This document shows, in pieces, positions 36,834 to 50,461 of a stretch of DNA of 64,000 nt (the stretch's first letter is position 1; the number at the start of each line of letters is the position of its first letter). The notes under the pieces were generated by a model. The model was given only the letters and a program-made list of their open reading frames with translations. It was not told the origin of the DNA and made no database searches. Origin of the DNA: Marsupella aquatica (taxonomy: Eukaryota > Plantae > Marchantiophyta); NCBI GenBank assembly GCA_973895155.1, contig OZ316892.1, positions 9,590,283 through 9,654,282 of the forward strand, given 5' to 3'. Position numbers and translations under genes: made by a program.

Positions 36834-38547
36834 ATGGCATCCGATGGGGCAGTCGCTGGCGGAACAATCTTTGATCTAGTAGGCGAAACTTCATCCGGTG
36901 CCTATTCTTGCTCAGTTTCAGAATCAGACATCCATAATCTGAATTGGGACCCGGATGTTATTGCACTTGAGTATTTGATTTCGCAGCAGCTCACAGTGAA
37001 TCTTCCAAACGGAACTTCTTGTGAGCTCTTACCTGAAGATGCAGAGTTTCAGCGGACCCTTTCCGAGGGTGGTAGTAATCCGAGTGCTGCAGTTGATCGA
37101 TGGGCTGCAAATCGGCTTAGTAAGTTCCGTGAGTTTAAAGGGTGGAACGCTACACTTCCGTTCATGGAAATGCCTGGCCGAGACTGTGTGATGCTATTGA
37201 CAAAGTTCTTTGAACAGGTTTGCAAGAAGGATGGTAAGCTTTATCCCTCACAGACCTTGATGGGTCTTTACCGTGCGTTTCACCGTATTTTGCGGAAGAA
37301 ACAGGAGAAGCGTGTGGTTGAGACAGGTAAGGAAGAGCGAGTGTTTGACATGCGATCTTCACCTCTCTTCAAGCCAGTGGCTGTGGCTTGTGTGTTAGCA
37401 ATGGAGTGTTCGAAGAAGGCAGGCGCTAATGTGCCGAGGAAGAAAGCCTCTGTCATTACTTTTGCAGATGAGGCCACCATATTGGCCCATTCAAGTACCT
37501 CTGTCTCACACTCGCGAGGCCTACAGAGGAGGGCAGTTTTCTTTTTACTGAATCGGTTTTGTATTCATGGCGGTAAAGAACTGTATAATCTTATGAAGGC
37601 TGACTTTATCTTTGCAACTGATGTGCATGGTGATTTTGTGAAGTACGACGAGCGCCTTAGCAAGAACTATAGAGTGAGTATGGATCGATATCAGGAGGAG
37701 CATTTCAGACCTGCTGTGATTAACTATGACCTTGATGTGGTAAATACATTTCGGATGTTAATACATCATTTGCCTGTAAGTGCAACATTTCTGTTTTACC
37801 AATGCATTGACCACCCGCGGACGCATGCATGGTACTCAACGTCGAGACTTGGTGAGAAGACCCTTGGCTCTTGTCTGAAAGTGTTGCATCAAGAGGCTGG
37901 TCTCGGTATTGATGGTGTCTCTAACAAAACTGGACGCACCACTTGTATCTCTCGGATGGGAGCTGAGGGTGTTCCACCAAAGGTTGGGATGAAGATCTCA
38001 GGACACAAAAGCAAGGGTGCGTATGAGAGGTATGACCGCAACACAGAGGCTAAAGTGCAAGCTGCACTCAGATGTGCCTCGGACGGGACTGCTTATCCTG
38101 AGACAATGACTTTGGAGACAACAAAGGGCAAGAGGGCACTTATTGATGGCGAGAAGCGCGAAGATGTGTCTGGGGCTACTGTTTCTGTAGTGGATGAGCC
38201 ACTGCCTAAGAAACTGAAGGACGGAACCAAGTTGCTTGCTTCTGAAGGTAATAAAGTAGGTTGACTTGTTCATGCATACTTTTGCTTGGTTCTTTAATAA
38301 TTGAATATAACTTCTTCTTTTTCTTGTCTCGGTGAGTGCAGGTGCTGATTCTGCAGAGTCCAGCTTGCCTTCTGTGATAGAAGTGGAGCCCACTCTCCTT
38401 CAGCCAGTAGTCGAGCCGGTTATGGAGGTGTCGGCTAGTGAAGAAGTTGTCACACCAGCTGTGAACTTTGAGCTTGTGGCACCTGCTGCTGAACGGGGCC
38501 TGAGCACAGTGGACAATGATCTTTCGACGTGTTTTGTGGAAGAGTAA
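36834..38547 (+). CDS. Tyrosine recombinase, DUF3504/Crypton type (ZMYM/KCTD1/QRICH1-related domain), probably mutated
   Basis: LLTKFFEQVCKKDGKLYPSQTL..LYRAFHRIL; RFCIHGGKELYNL (catalytic R position reads H, CAT at 37566); SKN; WYSTSRLGEKTL; SNKTGRTT; KISGHKS....ERY. Phase-1 intron 38248-38341. First ATG at 36834 within ORF 36684..38264. The TAA at 38545 may be premature, since an NCTMNGCSF motif follows at ~38700 in another frame. Confidence 0.85.
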
Positions 38548-40299
38548 AAGGATACTGACTTAGATGTTTTCTTTGAGTCCATGGATTGGGATGCTTTAAG
38601 TTGTTCGGACCCAAGATTTAAGGGCATTGCTCGCCTGCCAAATATAGCCATTGTTAATCCAGTAATGAATACTGTTTTGAAAATATTAAGGCATTGACGA
38701 ATTGCACCATGAATGGCTGCAGTTTCAGCCTCAACTTTGGTCCTCATGGAGGGGGACCCCCGAGAGGTGGAGAGGGAGGAGGACCATCCTCTGGACTGTC
38801 ATTAAACATATGAGGCATTATTGGCAGTAAACTAGGCACATATTAGCCTGTGAGGCATTGTAGATAGAGTTAGCATTCATAGATTGTAGATACTTATAGA
38901 CAACACTTCCATATTCTAGATTACACTAGACGTTGGATTGGTGCCAGTGTATAGAAGGACATTCTTTCGACAATTAATTGTTGTCAAGAACTGCCTTCTG
39001 GGCATTCTCATTTTTCTGACTCTCTAGAGTCACTTCACTGTAACTCTTGATTTACATATGAATAAAGTTTTATTCCCCGCCGTGGGATTCTCCCTTCTGA
39101 ATTACTTGCGTATCCATAAATGTTGGGCGTATAAATACACCCCAAATACGACCATAAATAATGAAATATAAAGCTGCCTACATGGCAAGCTCTGGTAAGC
39201 CGAGAGGCATTAAAATAACCCCACGACCGTTAACGTAATATCTAATGTGAACAAACAGCATACACCCTTGGAGATGCGCTTAGCAAGTTCTACTTCAAAC
39301 ACACGAAGTGACATTGGCCACTTTGGCCCATAAGGGAAAAATGGAAAAAAAATCTTAAAACATACACTGCCCGCTCCCCCATCATTGCCGATTCACCGAT
39401 GGGGAGGGGAACGGGCCGACGGGGCAGAGGCAAGCAAGCCGCAAACGGCATCCGGGACTGCGGATAATCTTGCCTGCCCGTGGATTCCGGGCTGCGGCAA
39501 TGTGGACGCAGGAGGTTGGACCGTTGGACGTTGACGGCAGGCTCTGACGGTGTATATATAACGCGTAGTTCCCGCGGCATGGAGTGATAAGGGACCCACC
39601 AGCGTTCTGAGTTTTTGTCTTTTTGACCATCCCCGAATCGCATTCCTCTCGGTTGCCCGTGCCCGTGCCCGTGCCTCTGGAGAATGGCATGCCTTGGGGC
39701 AGACAGTGGATACACGGGCATCTGCTACGGACTCATCATGCAATGGCCACCCCATGGCATGCCATGTCAGGTGGAATCTGCTTCATGCCTTCGTGTCCGT
39801 TGGGGCCGTACAACCGTAATCGGGAGTCATCGTACCACCGGGAGATTTGGTCATTTGCCTTTTGGTACATTTTTTTCCCTCCTATAGTAACCCCTTTCTT
39901 GTGCCTTTTTCCTTGCCTCGAAAGGCGCACTTTAGGCCCAACTCGCATGTCAATAGGCCCTTTGTTTTGGTGTCCTCCGTTTCAAACATGGCATAAAAAA
40001 TATGCATGGAAAGTATTGTGGAGATACCCCATAGTCCGCAGGGATTATGCCCTAAAAGTTGCACAACCAAGGGCAAGGGCCAGAAAACTTCCAGCCCTTG
40101 CAGATCCCGTCTTTTGCATTCCATATCAAACAGAATGTCCTGCATAGTCTGTAGTGAGCAATGAAAGAGAGGGAATCTAGGGCAAAAACAAGATCTACTT
40201 TTCCCAAATAGTTTGCAAGTGCTTAGGGCCAACTGCTTCAGGGCTACATACATGCAAGTTGGGTATTAGTCATAAGAAATGTAAAACCCAATAAAACAG

Positions 40300-42351
40300 G
40301 TCAAGGACAAAAAACTGATGAGGACCATACACATTTGGTCATGAGGGTGAAACGCGTAACAGGTACACGGAACAGAACCTAGTAACTCCCACACAAGAAA
40401 AAGTAAAGATCTGTCGTAAACATGAGAGGAGACTCAATCTCCAGTGGAAGAAATCCAGCAAAAACTTAGATCTTAGACACTAAACCCCAGACAAAGATCC
40501 ACAGAAAGGACACTTATAAGCGTTTGGATAGAGGGGAAAATGGAGCAAGCTTATTGAGAAATTGCACATCAAAATATAACATGAAACCAGGAGACAAAGG
40601 TCCTCGGAGTGATTGGTTTGTATATAGTAAGTCCTTGGGCACTGTGGGCTATAAGAGCACTCCCACCAGTTGTGCCCAACCAGGAGTGAGTCTAGTGAGA
40701 CCAGTCTGTGGGCCCAGTTTCTTACTAACCACTGAATTCCAGTAAGCACACATTCATGCAACACAGCCCCCCAAGACTAATTGAAGACTGTGGTCATCCT
40801 TCTCACTTCTGATCAAATGTCTCTGGAGCTTCTCTAGCGAGTGCACTTGACATTCAAACCATAGTGGCAGTTTTGGGTGAGTATGAAAGGCAGGAAGGCT
40901 AGGGAAGCTCATCCCAAAACTAAATGTTTTGGTGCCTTGTCAGCTCTCAAAACTCCCCGATGGCGTTTGGTGTGCACCTGTGGGAGTCGTCTAATGCCCC
41001 CCCATAATGAGGGGTTTATGGTTGCTGTCCATGATCACTTGTGACTTTTATTCACTAAAGAAAACTAGACACTCACTTCTAATTCTAAAGATGGACTCCA
41101 GACCAAACTTCTCTTAGATGAATTTAAATAAATGAAAATCCCTTGAATGAAGGAACCAAAGTTTATAAATGTGTGGAACAAATCTCCATCTTGATCTCAA
41201 ATTCTAGACTATAAAAGTACTCCACATCATCATTTACATGGGCCCACTACTTGCAATGCAGATAAGTAGACACCATACCTAAATGGGCCCCAGTTCTGGA
41301 CAAGACAAGCCAATTGTAACCGGTATCACTCATTACATGGTCCAGATCACTTAAATCTTAAAGTGAATAGACATAAGAAATTGGCCCCAAGGTCTTGCAT
41401 GTAAAGTCATCATCAGCTCAAGTTTTGAGGGTCTATTCTCCTCATTCATGCCCACGTCTTAAACAGAAAGTGTTTCATTACTTTTGGGTTTTTCTCTTTT
41501 CTTTAGCCTTGAAGACAAACCCCAATTTCATACAAATTCAGATTCTGAGAATGACCAGTGTAGATTTTAGCACAAATTTAGTAAGTTGCCAATTTTAAAT
41601 TTATTCAAAACTTTGCCACTCTTTTCTGTCACTTATTAAGTTCTCACGTGGACAATTAACCCAACTCATTCGACGGTCAAGAACACACACCGTGCATTTC
41701 CTTGAAGCTAACTTGGCTTAAACGAGGCTCAATTCAAACTCAGCCAATTCCACATTCAAACCCCTCCAATTGTTTTTCCAGTTGAATCTCCCATCCTGCT
41801 TGTCATATTCTCTTCTCAACACAAAACTAGTTCACAAAGAAACGGTAAAACAGCTTTTAAGTACTTTGCCACTAAAGTTGTCTTGAATATATATATATAT
41901 AGGGCTGGAAAAGGACTGTGGGAGGGACACTGTTGTTTCAATCCAAAACTTTCCTGAAAGTTAGCAATGCCCGAGCAAGTTTGCCATTTACTGATTCTAT
42001 CGTAACTGTTGAGTAAATGACCGTTACTCATTAGACATGTGCAACATTTAACAAACATAAGCATTCAAAATGGGACTCAAGTGGGTCACCTCACAAGAGG
42101 CCACGTCCACGAGAACACACAAGATAACCTTATTGAGCTCTAATACCAATTAGTCTCCACAGACTAAGCTCTCTCTATCTCTCAATTGTTTCCGTAACAA
42201 TGAACCATGGTTCCACTCACTAACTCAGTCCTGCTAGTGATGGGGCTAATGAATATAGTAGTAACACATCTAACCCTAACCAAGCACTTGACCATGGTTA
42301 GTCTAATTGTGGTTACATGTTAACTCTAGACCAAAGACAACATGCCTAACA
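40300..42351 (-). mobile_element. Highly decayed LTR retrotransposon remnants (probably Ty3/gypsy, possibly two elements)
   Basis: Minus-strand tRNA-iMet-type PBS TGGTATTAGAGC at 42148-42137 following a ~200-bp TGTT-starting segment (42351-42151). Minus-strand PPT-like TTGGGGGGCTG followed by TGTTG at ~40774-40759. The two putative LTRs do not match well and no intact ORF remains. The left boundary is approximate. Confidence 0.45.
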
Positions 42352-42685
42352 CTGACCTCTTGCAATAGACATTGGGCCAAAATGTCAGCCAAATATTGAA
42401 AAATGCTGCGGAAAACCCAATACCGAGTCCAATACAGTGACAACATTTGACAGAATCACTAACATAATCTTTGAGAAAAATAGAGGGAGACAAGTGTGGC
42501 AACATTTGTAATGTTCAGTTCTTTACTACATTACCACTATTGTTGCCTGGAATTACAATACCACTGTTAGTTTTAGTATTTAGAATACTGCCATGGTTCT
42601 TGGATATGGCTACCTTGATGAACTGGTATTCAATGTAACCTTCTTTGTTGTATTGTATCTACAATGTAAAACCGTGGCAGTACCA

Positions 42686-42858
42686 TAAATATTAAGAAGA
42701 ATACAGTGCAATATTGTAATTCAAGATAACTTTAGTGGCAAAGTATTTAAAAGTTCCTAAATATTAAGAAGAATACAATGCAATATTGTAATTCAAGACA
42801 ACTTTAGTGGCAAAGTATTTAAAAGTTCCTAAATATTAAGAAGAATACAATGCAATAT
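42686..42858. repeat. Tandem repeat, 2.4 x 72 bp, with an inverted partial copy at ~41854-41889
   Basis: taaatattaagaagaatac...aagttcc restarts at 42686, 42758 and 42830. Confidence 0.85.
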
Positions 42859-45800
42859 CAAAATTGTCTTGAATGACAATATCAAAATGAGAAACAAACT
42901 CACATTTGTGTGAAGAAAGATTTATCCAAAAATTACAATTTGTGTTTGTGAATTTTTTAGGGCTGCAACCTTGAGCTGGAGGTGGAGGTGGAGGTAGGTA
43001 CTGGAGTGTGCAGGAGAGGTATTGGAGGTAGGAATAGTGGTAAGCTGCCAAGAATGCCATTTTGCGTCGAGCTGGGAAGCTGTCACTGTGTTCCTTGGAA
43101 AATTATCAAAAGTGAATGAGTTAGGGAAAGCCTTTCAGGAAAGGTTTTTGAGTTTAGGGTTCCTCTGGCATTCATTCAGGTGAACTCCCAACAAGATGGG
43201 CTCTACAGGGTTTTGAGGATAGGAGTTTTCTAAATAAAACCTGTCTTCAGCAATTTTATGCTAGACAGCATTGCGGGGACTTTTCATTTTTAATGAGTGA
43301 GCATTGAAATTTCATTCAGGCAACTAAGATCAGTTTTTATTTTTTGAAAAAGTCCTACATCTTTTGTGGATTTATGTTTTTATGTTTGTCAAAAAGCTCA
43401 CAAAAACCCACGGAAAACTAGGGGGACCAAAAAGGCAACAACTTTAAGAATCCAAAAGCCGGCAAAGCAAGTTAAATCTAATCAGTAAAGAGAATGAGAG
43501 GATGAGCAACCCTAAAACAAAAAGGGTCTAAAAAGCCTACACAACAGGAAAGCCAAAGGACTAAAGCAAGAAGAGGGTTGGGTGGATCAAACCCAAAAAG
43601 ACCCAAAGTGACAGGTAACAGTCCGAGTAAGCAAAATCTAAGTGGATTCAGGCTTAGAGCAGTCCTCGTGTCATATAAACTAAATAAGCCTAACTAAGTA
43701 TCCTTCTTCCCAGCCTGAAAGAATATAAATGGCTCTAAGGCCCAACTTGCATGTGAAGGGTCCTTCCAAAAATGGCCCTCAACTTGAGTAGTGTGCTGAT
43801 ATGAATGAGTGAGACTCATCTGGTAGTACCCCCTCATGCACCAGGCCTGACGGTATAGATTGTGGGGTCCCAAGGGCAAGGACCATAAAGTTTCCAGCCC
43901 TTGCAGGTCCCGACCCTTTGCAAAGAATGAACACTTATTGCAAAATCTTTCATAATTGAAAAGCAGAGAACCAGATTTGTGTCAAATGGACTGTCATGGA
44001 AGCGCTACATTCCTTGAAAGTAGCGTGAGCTGAAAGGGCCTCATGCTTGAGGGTTGTCACATGCGAGTTGGCCCTAAGAGCGACTTCCAACAATAAGCTG
44101 TGAATCAGGGCAGGACAGCTAGCATGAAAGCCATGGATTATTGATTAGAAATAATTGTGGATTATGCAAGTCTGTGTAACATTTTGTCCACAGTGTCCAC
44201 ACTTCTATCAGCCTGCCCATCATTTTGTGGACTGTTGCCTGAAAATAGTCCCCATATAAACACGAAACAAGTATGACCTTTCTTGAGAGATTTTCTTGGT
44301 GGCACCCCAAACCAAAAACTCAACCAGACCCCAAAAGTATGTTGTAATGGGTTCATGGGCCAAAATCAAGCACTATTGTCCTGTGAACCTTTTAGACCCA
44401 TTGGGAGTCTCACGAGGAAGGGTTACCCAGGATGCCCTGTGTTTTTGCAAGCAAAATGTCTGGCCCCATTGGACCCAATGTTGAGACATTGCACTAGACA
44501 CTTCACTAGCATTTTGGGAGAGGGTTTAGGGTGCTCTGAAGCTGCAATGTGCTGCGGGGATATGATCGTTTGTGCTTCCATTTAGGGCTATACATAGGCA
44601 GAGCAGGGGGCAGATTCGCTACTGGTCAGCTCCATGTAAGCTTCTACTTGGAGTGTTGAGCCAGATAAACATGGGGGTGCACCCCCAAAAAAATTCAAGA
44701 AGGAAAACCAGTGGGACAAAGAGAACACAAAATCCCAGGTTACCTTCTTTAGTACCTCCCTTGTTGCTTCTTAGGTCTGGCCTCTTCAACTTGTGTCACT
44801 TTAAGTACAAGTGAACAAAGTCGAATATCTGGCCGGACCTGTTTATTAGGGTGTCTCAAAGTTCCAAAGTTCCTGGTCACTAACTCATGAGTTACTGGTT
44901 ATCTACAGAACCCTTATGGACTTTGGAATCAGTGAACATCTAAAACTAATTGTTCTTAACAGACATTGATAAAACATGGCCCCTAAGGAAGCTTCACAGG
45001 TTGGGTACAAAAAACGCAAAGATAAAAAATGTCACCTTCAGGACGATGAGAATAGTTACACCTTAGATGTTATAGCCAGATCCTCCTTACCCAACTCAAG
45101 AATTGACATGCCCTCAACTAGTAAACAACAGGAGACAACGGCTGAAGAGACTCCCTAGGCTAAGTTCCATCTATAACCAACCTCCCCAAAAGTTAAAAAA
45201 ATAGCTCAACAGACCCCCACATCTGCACTAAATGTATTGTTCCCCTACTGTACTAATTAAGTATAAAATGATACTGCTAAATCCCACCAGTGTGCAAATT
45301 CGCAGCAGATTTGGTTATATCACCTAGGGCTTCCCACTGGAGTAGGTAGCTTTGGACCTAAATGGGCAGGACTATGCTCAAGAAACCTCAAGGTGGCTTT
45401 AGAGTATGTGGGGCCACCTGAGAATAATTTGGACCATATCATTCATGAGTAACTCAGGGGCCCATTCAGAAGTAACGGAGGGCCCATTCAGGTATGGGGT
45501 GTCCACCAATCTTACATGGCCAGCATTGGGCCCAAGTAAATGGAGTGTGGTACTCTCTTGAGGCCGAGCGCTTATTTTGTCTATAATCTTAGACTATTAA
45601 TTTCAAGAAGTGGTCCAAATATTTTCCAAACTTTGGCTCCGTCATTCAAGGGCTGAAGAAACACCACTTTATCAGAAAGGGTGAAATAAAGTACAATGCA
45701 ATAAAAGTAAACGAGGTATTTAGATGACGAACACTTGACTCCAGAAAAAAGGGCAAATGCAAAATCCCAAAAACCTAGAAAGAGGAAAAAATAGAGACAA

Positions 45801-48800
45801 GGATTTATCACTTCAAAAGTGTGACCGATGAGCTAATGGTCTGCATTTAGTGCAATAGTCTGATGAGCTCCTTCATTCAAGGGATTTCTATTTTTTGCCC
45901 CCAATTTATGGTGGAACCCGGGTTGGACAACTTTGTCCAATTGCCATGGCTGAAGGACAACATACCATAGAAAGACCTCACTTGGAGTTTGTTGAGAATT
46001 GGAAGCCAAGGAAGAATCTCACGGAGATCACAACCTGGAGTTCCACCTCAAACCAAAGGCTGCAGCCAAGGCTATTCATTTGTTCCAGGGCAGGTGGGAT
46101 AGACTATTTCATCAGCTATGACTCTCTTAGCCCTCCAATTTTTTGAATCTCAACTGAGTAGTTGAGATGGGGCCTTTGCACATGCATCTCAGTTGCACAG
46201 CTGAGATTGACTTCATCTCGGTTGACCTTGCCAAGATAGATGTACTGAAAAAGAAAAGAAAAGAAAAACAATTTTGACAAAAACAATTTCAGTGAAATCC
46301 TGTATCCATATCCGTATTGTATCATATGGACACCTGGACATCTCCATTGACCTTGCCGACATGGGATACAGACACCCATAGTATTCCTGTTTTTTTTGGC
46401 GCCGCAACTCGGCGACCTCTCTAAGATGACATGGCAAATGATATCAGGTTGACTGATGGAGATGACTCATCTGATGAGATTACTTATCTCAAGGCAGGTC
46501 AGAGAAACCGGATGTCCAAAGTTATGAGGAAGGCAGGGCAATTTAGGTCATTTCCACTTTCAACTTAAAGAATGGGGTTTTGAGTCACCCTTGCATGATT
46601 AATACTAGCATTGGTGAGATCGTAGATTTCTTGCAGGTCTCCCTGCACATTTTTTGCCAAGATCCGAGGTTGGAAGGATTCAGGTGTGGTATGCGGCAAT
46701 TTGCACGACTACTGTACCTACCTCCATAAGAGGTTTCATAAGGAGCTGAACATGATCTTCACAGAGGTTGGGATGGAGGTTAGGCTGATCTGGTACCAAT
46801 ATTCCAGCAGTCCGCTACATGCTGGAATCATGCCACCAAGGGAGAGACTGCCAAAGGAGCTGGCCAAAGACCAAGTATGGTGTAAGAATCTTGTGCCATT
46901 GGCCATGAGGGAGCCGATGCGGATGGAGAACTTGAGCTCCAAAGAAGAAGAGGAGCCCATGGGAATACATGTTGCACACCAGGAAGAAGCACTGGCAAGA
47001 GAGTGGCGCTGGACTTGCACCAAGACCAACCCAACAGCCTACCTGGGGCAACCCAATGGCCAACATTTCCTTGGTAGCACGTGCACTGATCGAGAAGGAA
47101 GCCAAAGCAAGGGTGACTTGGGATATTGAGAGCAAGGCCAAAGCCCAGGAAATAAACCAAGACTCTTATATTTTGTTACCGCTCCGGTCCAATCAACTTT
47201 GTGCCATCAACTTCGGGTTTATGTTTTGGCACCTTTCATTTGTTGTCGCCTGCTCCGGCCTGATCGACTTTGTGTCATCAATTTCTTCCTCGTGGAGTCT
47301 TGGTTTATGTTCTGACAACACTTCTTTCCAACTGAGTCAAGTTTGTTTTGTAATAGAGTCTAAGTGTTACAGAGCCTGGTTAAGAGTCAAGATTGATAGT
47401 CTTGGTTAATGCTTTGCCCAATGCTTGTTTTCTATGAAGTAGTGGTTTATGTTTTGGCGACAATTGTTTCCAATGGATTCATGTCTGTTTAGTAATAGAG
47501 TCTAAGTGTTAAGGCAAAGCCTGGTACTTTGGATAAGAGTCAATCATGATTAATGATAGAGTCTTGGTTTAAGTTCTAGCAAACTTGGGCCGGAGTGGGC
47601 CGGGGGAGTGGGCAGCAGCATTGGGGACTTGGGCCGGAGGAGGTGACAACAAGTGATAGGTGCCAGAACATACACCTGAGGTTGATGACACAAAATTGAT
47701 CGAGCCGGAGAGGATGACAAAATGGTAGAGTATTGATTTATGTTTTGGCAAACTCTGGTTGTAGCGGGCAGGAGCATCGGGGACAGGGAAGGCCAATGAC
47801 CGGGGTCGGAGAAAAGTGAGGATCATTAACTTGTTGTAGATTTAACGCACAATCACCCATCATTGCAATATGTACTCTATGAGCAGGAAGGAAGCTTTTG
47901 GGGCCGTCTATCCAGACATTCGCAAAAGTGGAGATCCATCCAAATTTCAATTTCATAGACACTAGGTAATTTCGAGATTTAGGAATCAATCATAGCACTC
48001 TAGGATAAACAATCATAATGGTAAGTAACATTTCTGTAGAGACAACAAAAAGTATAAAAGCTAGAGGCTCGCAGGCTAAAGACGGCAACAGACATCACAA
48101 TCTGAGATGAGCATCGGACGGCTGCACACAGATGGGGGAGCTGCTCGAGTCCTCCTCTGTTTGTTTCAGTAAAAAAATTAAAGTAAGTTGTCAGAAAGCA
48201 GTCACCATGCTGATGGGATGGGATGGCATCATGGTATCGTCCGTATTGGGCGTGGATGGCTGTACGGTACAGTAACCATCATCTGAATCTTTCATGGCAT
48301 GGCATATTGGCATGGCATGGAGCGTACATAGAGTTGTTTAATTGAATATCTTGTATAATATATTAGTCTTTGGAACTTTGCGCACATCGTAACTGATACA
48401 GAAAATCTTGTGCTCGGATGGACCACCCCGTGAACCTTGAAACATAGTCGAACCAAAAAAAATGTGGGTTTACTTCAAAATAAAAACCATGGGAGTACAG
48501 AATATGTTTCTTTTGTAGTCCATCGGAGCTTCTGAGGTGGGAAACTAGATTTAACAGTACATAAACTACAATATTTGTCCCGAAATTGTTGCTACTTATG
48601 ACACGTGGTACTTACGAAACTGTACCATGGTTCGATATGATATGCTTGATGCATGACTGCATGCACCATGTCCGAGGAGGCTGTCCCAATGCGGATGGGC
48701 GGTGGTGGGCCCGACGAAACAGGAACAGCAGAAGGAAGAGGTAGGAGATGATGATGTGATGATGCCCGCGATTATGGGTGGGGCCGTGGGGGGCCCGGAA

Positions 48801-50461
48801 GGTGGGACACCGGGCAGCCGGGCAGGGCATGGGCGGGCGTGTGCCCTTGGTATGTTGTATGCCGCCGTGAGAGAGAGAAACCGTGGGAAGCGGGCAGGCC
48901 GAGCCAGAGGTCCACCGACCGTCGGATAAAGAGCCATAAACGTGGTGGTCCGTGACGGAGCCAATGGAAGCGTGCCACCAAGTCTCCGGATGTCAGGGAA
49001 CAGGCGAGTCTAGTCTGTTGTAGTCTAGTCTAGTCTAGTCTAAATGATCTAAATGAGGCTCTGCCCTCTTGAGCGGCATCCATATAAATGATTCTTTCCC
49101 CCCCGCTCGGTCCCGAGTTTCTGCACTTTGCATGCTACTGCTCGTCGTCGTCGTCTTCTTCATCGGTCGGTCCCGATGATGCGATGCTATCGGTCGGTCC
49201 ATGATGATGCGATGCTGCTGCTGCCACCCGCATGGCCGCCCGCCTGCCCTCCTTCCCGTCTCCACGAGTTTCTTAATACCTGCCCGCCAGCGTATTCTTT
49301 TAATTTTAATTGCGGAAAATTGCCAAATTTGGTCATTTTCGGCGAAAAGTAGTCACAATTGGTTTGGCTTGAATTAGCAGTTTCTTACCTAGCCAAAATC
49401 GGACGGTTGGGACAGTTCACCTTACATCTAGGGAGATGTAGGGCATACTTTTTAAATACAAAAAATTGCCACAGTTATACCCATCTTAATTCTTTTCTTG
49501 ACACTTTTGGCTTGGATTAAGCAGTTTCCCCTATACAGACCTCATTTGCCAAAATCATCCGGTTCATCTCAAATTTAGCGAGTATTTAAAAACACAAGAT
49601 CAATGTAGAGCATGTCTTGTAATTGCAACAGATCGCCAAAATCCAACCCACTTAAATTGTTGGCCATTCTTGGAAAAAACTACCTAGTGTTTGTCTTGGA
49701 TTAGCCAGTTTTCAAGACCCAATTGACCCAAATCTGACGGGTCACCTTCACCCTAGCAAGATGTAAGAGTCAAGAATTAATCTCGAAAAATGAGAGAGAA
49801 GAGACATTCTTCAGCTTCACTCTTAGGAATACATAGAATACGACTCTCGAAAAAGTACACAATACGCCGCTGCCCGGCCATAGACTGGCGACGTCTGCCC
49901 GCCCGCCTGCCCACACGAGACGAGACGAGACGGGACGGGGACAGGACAGGGGAGGAAAACAACCAGCAGGCGAAAATAATAATAACAGCAAAGAGGCAGA
50001 CCTGATTCCCCCTCCTTATTCTCGACCGACCGATCGATTCTCGCTCCCTCCATCGTCCGTCCGTTCCCTCCCTGCGCGACGGAATCCAGTGCTTTCGTTT
50101 TGGTCCCTTTCCTGTCCTTCGGCATTCCATTCCTTTTCCATTATTATTCTTCCTTTCCCTTCCTTTCGCAACCGGTCTTCTCTTCTCTTCTCTTCCCTTC
50201 GCTTCGCTTTCTGTTCTGTTCTGTTCTGTTCTCTGCGCTCTGCGCTCTCTTTTCTCCTCTCGTATCTTCTCTATTCTGCTCGCGGGCGAGCGAAGCAGCA
50301 GCAGAGGAACGGACAGGACAGCAAAAGCTTGTTTCATCATCTTCTGCTGCTTGGTGGGTGATGTTCTGCCGCGAAGAAGAAGAATGATGATGATGATGAG
50401 GAGAAGTCTGGAGTCTGTGCGTTTGGTGCGCTCTGCCGTGATGAAGAATGATGAGAACGCG

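Larger units (their letters stand above)
35170..39163 (+). mobile_element. Crypton-like tyrosine-recombinase DNA transposon (boundaries inferred)
   Basis: YR gene with no nearby RT/RNase H. TTATGGTC at 35176 (and variant ttaagggtcgta at 35300) is inverted relative to tacGACCATAA ending 39157. AATAAA at 39061. Confidence 0.65.

Noticed and set aside
36684-38264. DIRS/Ngaro retroelement or phage integrase
   Set aside because: No gag/RT/RNase H or split repeats nearby. A spliceosomal intron and DUF3504-type motifs argue against a prokaryotic integrase.
45860-47570. Cluster of overlapping 80-150-aa ORFs
   Set aside because: No coherent protein motifs. It looks like decayed repeat sequence (shares an 18-bp inverted match with ~41140) but cannot be classified.
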